Shown piece after piece: positions 62,901 to 64,000 of a stretch of 64,000 nt of DNA. Under the pieces are notes generated by a model, which did no database searches, was not told the DNA's origin, and saw nothing but the letters and a program-made list of their open reading frames with translations. The DNA is taken from positions 350,591-414,590 of the forward strand of contig JBGSXW010000002.1 in the NCBI GenBank assembly GCA_041751215.1. The letters are read 5' to 3'. How positions within the stretch are numbered: the first letter of the stretch is position 1; every line of letters begins with the position of its first letter. The stretch comes from Candidatus Saccharimonadales bacterium (lineage in GTDB: Bacteria; Patescibacteriota; Saccharimonadia; Saccharimonadales; JBGSXW01). The position numbers and the translations under genes are program-made.

Positions 62901-64000
62901 ATGTCGTACGGAATTGAACAGAGTGGGTTCTCTCCTATCACTGATCCAGAGGCCGCACAGCGACTAAAAATTGATTTAATTACCGATGGCTTATCAGTTA
63001 GTCCTGAAACAAAGGCAGCCTTAGTAGAATCAGAGGATATACCGCTTACGCTTGCTGACTACGCTTCTACGTCTGGTGTAACATTGAAACTACCCAATGA
63101 TACTTGGGTTAATGCTCCTTTTAGTGAGTTCAACCCTAATTTTGTAGATACACCAGCTAACAGCTTGTCAGTAGAAGACGGAAAATTATATGTAGTAAAC
63201 GGTGATGACGCATACGAAGCAGAGTTTATCCCCGTTCCTGCTTATCACGACAAGACATTAGAAGATGGTAGCCCAGTAAAATGGATTGCAATTACTCACT
63301 CCGATAGAGTACGCTTATCGCCTATCAAAGGTTGTGCAATTCAATGTGATTTCTGTGACATACCATTTGATAAAGCTCCTGACGAACCAGCATACCGTGG
63401 ACAAAAAATCATCGGTAATATTCTTGAAGCAACTGGTGTAGCCTTGCAAGACCCCATATTGCCTGCTCAACACGCATTAATATCTGGTGGTACACCGAGA
63501 AAGAGTGATTACGGCTATGAGAATGAAGTGTACGAACGCATGGTTATTGAGAACCCAGATATTGATGTAGATATTATGATGGTGCCAATGCCTGGTCTGC
63601 TTAATATCAAGCGATTAGGTGAAATCGGCATACATGGTTTAAGTATCAATATAGAGCTATGGAACAAAGACATTGCAAAAGCTACTATGCGTAGTAAAGC
63701 AAAGGCTTCAAGGGAACTGTACTTAGACTTTATTGAAAAGGCTGCAGAGGAATTTGGTGCTGGCAGAGTTCGTTCATTACTAATGGTCGGAATTGAGCCA
63801 ATAGAAGATACGCTTCGGGGCGTGGAAGCTCTAGCTGAACGTGGTTGCGACCCAGTGCTTAGTCCGTTCCGCCCAGACCCCATCACTCCTATGAGAGATG
63901 TTAAACCATCAACAGCAGACGAACTATTAGAGGTATGGCAACGCAGCCAAGAGATTGTTGGTAAATACGAAGGCGTTAAACTAGGTCCACGCTGTATCCC
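62901..64000 (+). CDS. radical SAM enzyme with ~140-aa N-terminal extension (partial; runs off right edge)
   Basis: The frame is open from ATG 62901 (GAGGAGG SD) to the window end. The CAIQCDFC CX3CX2C motif lies at 63333-63356, with a downstream ISGGTP glycine-rich SAM motif. It is absent from the ORF track because it is open-ended. Confidence 0.75.
   Translation, partial: MSYGIEQSGFSPITDPEAAQRLKIDLITDGLSVSPETKAALVESEDIPLTLADYASTSGVTLKLPNDTWVNAPFSEFNPNFVDTPANSLSVEDGKLYVVNGDDAYEAEFIPVPAYHDKTLEDGSPVKWIAITHSDRVRLSPIKGCAIQCDFCDIPFDKAPDEPAYRGQKIIGNILEATGVALQDPILPAQHALISGGTPRKSDYGYENEVYERMVIENPDIDVDIMMVPMPGLLNIKRLGEIGIHGLSINIELWNKDIAKATMRSKAKASRELYLDFIEKAAEEFGAGRVRSLLMVGIEPIEDTLRGVEALAERGCDPVLSPFRPDPITPMRDVKPSTADELLEVWQRSQEIVGKYEGVKLGPRCI

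Noticed and set aside
1-64000. A search for CRISPR arrays, rRNA genes, integrases, transposases, reverse transcriptases and classical toxin-antitoxin pairs.
   Set aside because: I found no regularly spaced direct repeats, no rRNA signatures, and no ORF with integrase (R..HxxR..Y), DDE or RT motifs. The mobile-element interpretations of the tRNA scars therefore lack a linked recombinase in this window.
1-64000. Alternative genetic code (UGA recoding, as in some CPR lineages).
   Set aside because: Housekeeping genes such as recA, dnaK, ftsH and lepA are full-length with the standard code and end at normal stops, including TGA-free frames.

Overview
This 64-kb window comes from a streamlined bacterial genome with short intergenic spacers, and most genes lie on the minus strand. 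The gene content looks like a Patescibacteria/CPR, Saccharibacteria-like organism, but that placement is inference only. Supporting content includes a Gram-positive-style type IV pilus operon, a sortase, ComEC, a lamin-tail-domain surface protein, an N-terminal-only TsaB, and many NUDIX, HD and histidine-phosphatase enzymes. I call about 70 CDS. The housekeeping set is rny, tsaB/tsaE, recA-recX, pilBC-pilA-minor pilins-pilMNO, ruvC-ruvA-(NUDIX)-ruvB, yebC, comEC, a DEAD-box helicase, hrcA-grpE-dnaK-dnaJ with a perfect CIRCE operator, lepA, murJ, trehalase, ftsH, tilS and pyrB-pyrD-pyrC. There are six intact tRNAs (Arg-TCT, Gly-TCC, Pro-CGG, Pro-TGG, Lys-TTT, CAT-anticodon), all with encoded CCA, plus one truncated tRNA(CAT) 3' half. 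I found no rRNA, CRISPR array, integrase or transposase. The most unusual content is non-coding. (1) Three copies of a GC-rich, multi-hairpin intergenic element (27604-27773, about 47190-47394, about 60541-60729) share a conserved core, are interrupted by indels and stop codons, and are co-oriented with local transcription. (2) Related trailer modules sit after tRNA-Arg, tRNA-Lys and both tRNA-Pro genes. Each carries a hairpin whose 3' strand copies the T-arm of the adjacent tRNA and whose 5' strand is its complement. Most of these modules are bracketed by partial copies of the tRNA 3' end, including one 19-nt exact copy. These could be scars of tRNA-targeted integration, a small undescribed tRNA-associated mobile or structured-RNA element, or both. 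Other accessory candidates are listed here. A HEPN (RX4H) protein lies beside a tRNA pair. A single roughly 64%-GC gene cassette is flanked by a 10-bp inverted repeat. Unknown genes are inserted inside the chaperone operon. An AT-richer terminal cluster holds a divergent aspartate-transcarbamylase paralog lacking the Asp-binding motif, a nitroreductase and a CX3CX2C radical-SAM enzyme, and it runs off the right edge. Six genes show an exact '-10 hexamer, 6 nt, ATG' geometry that suggests leaderless mRNAs. All functional calls rest on motifs I recognised by eye; no database search was possible.
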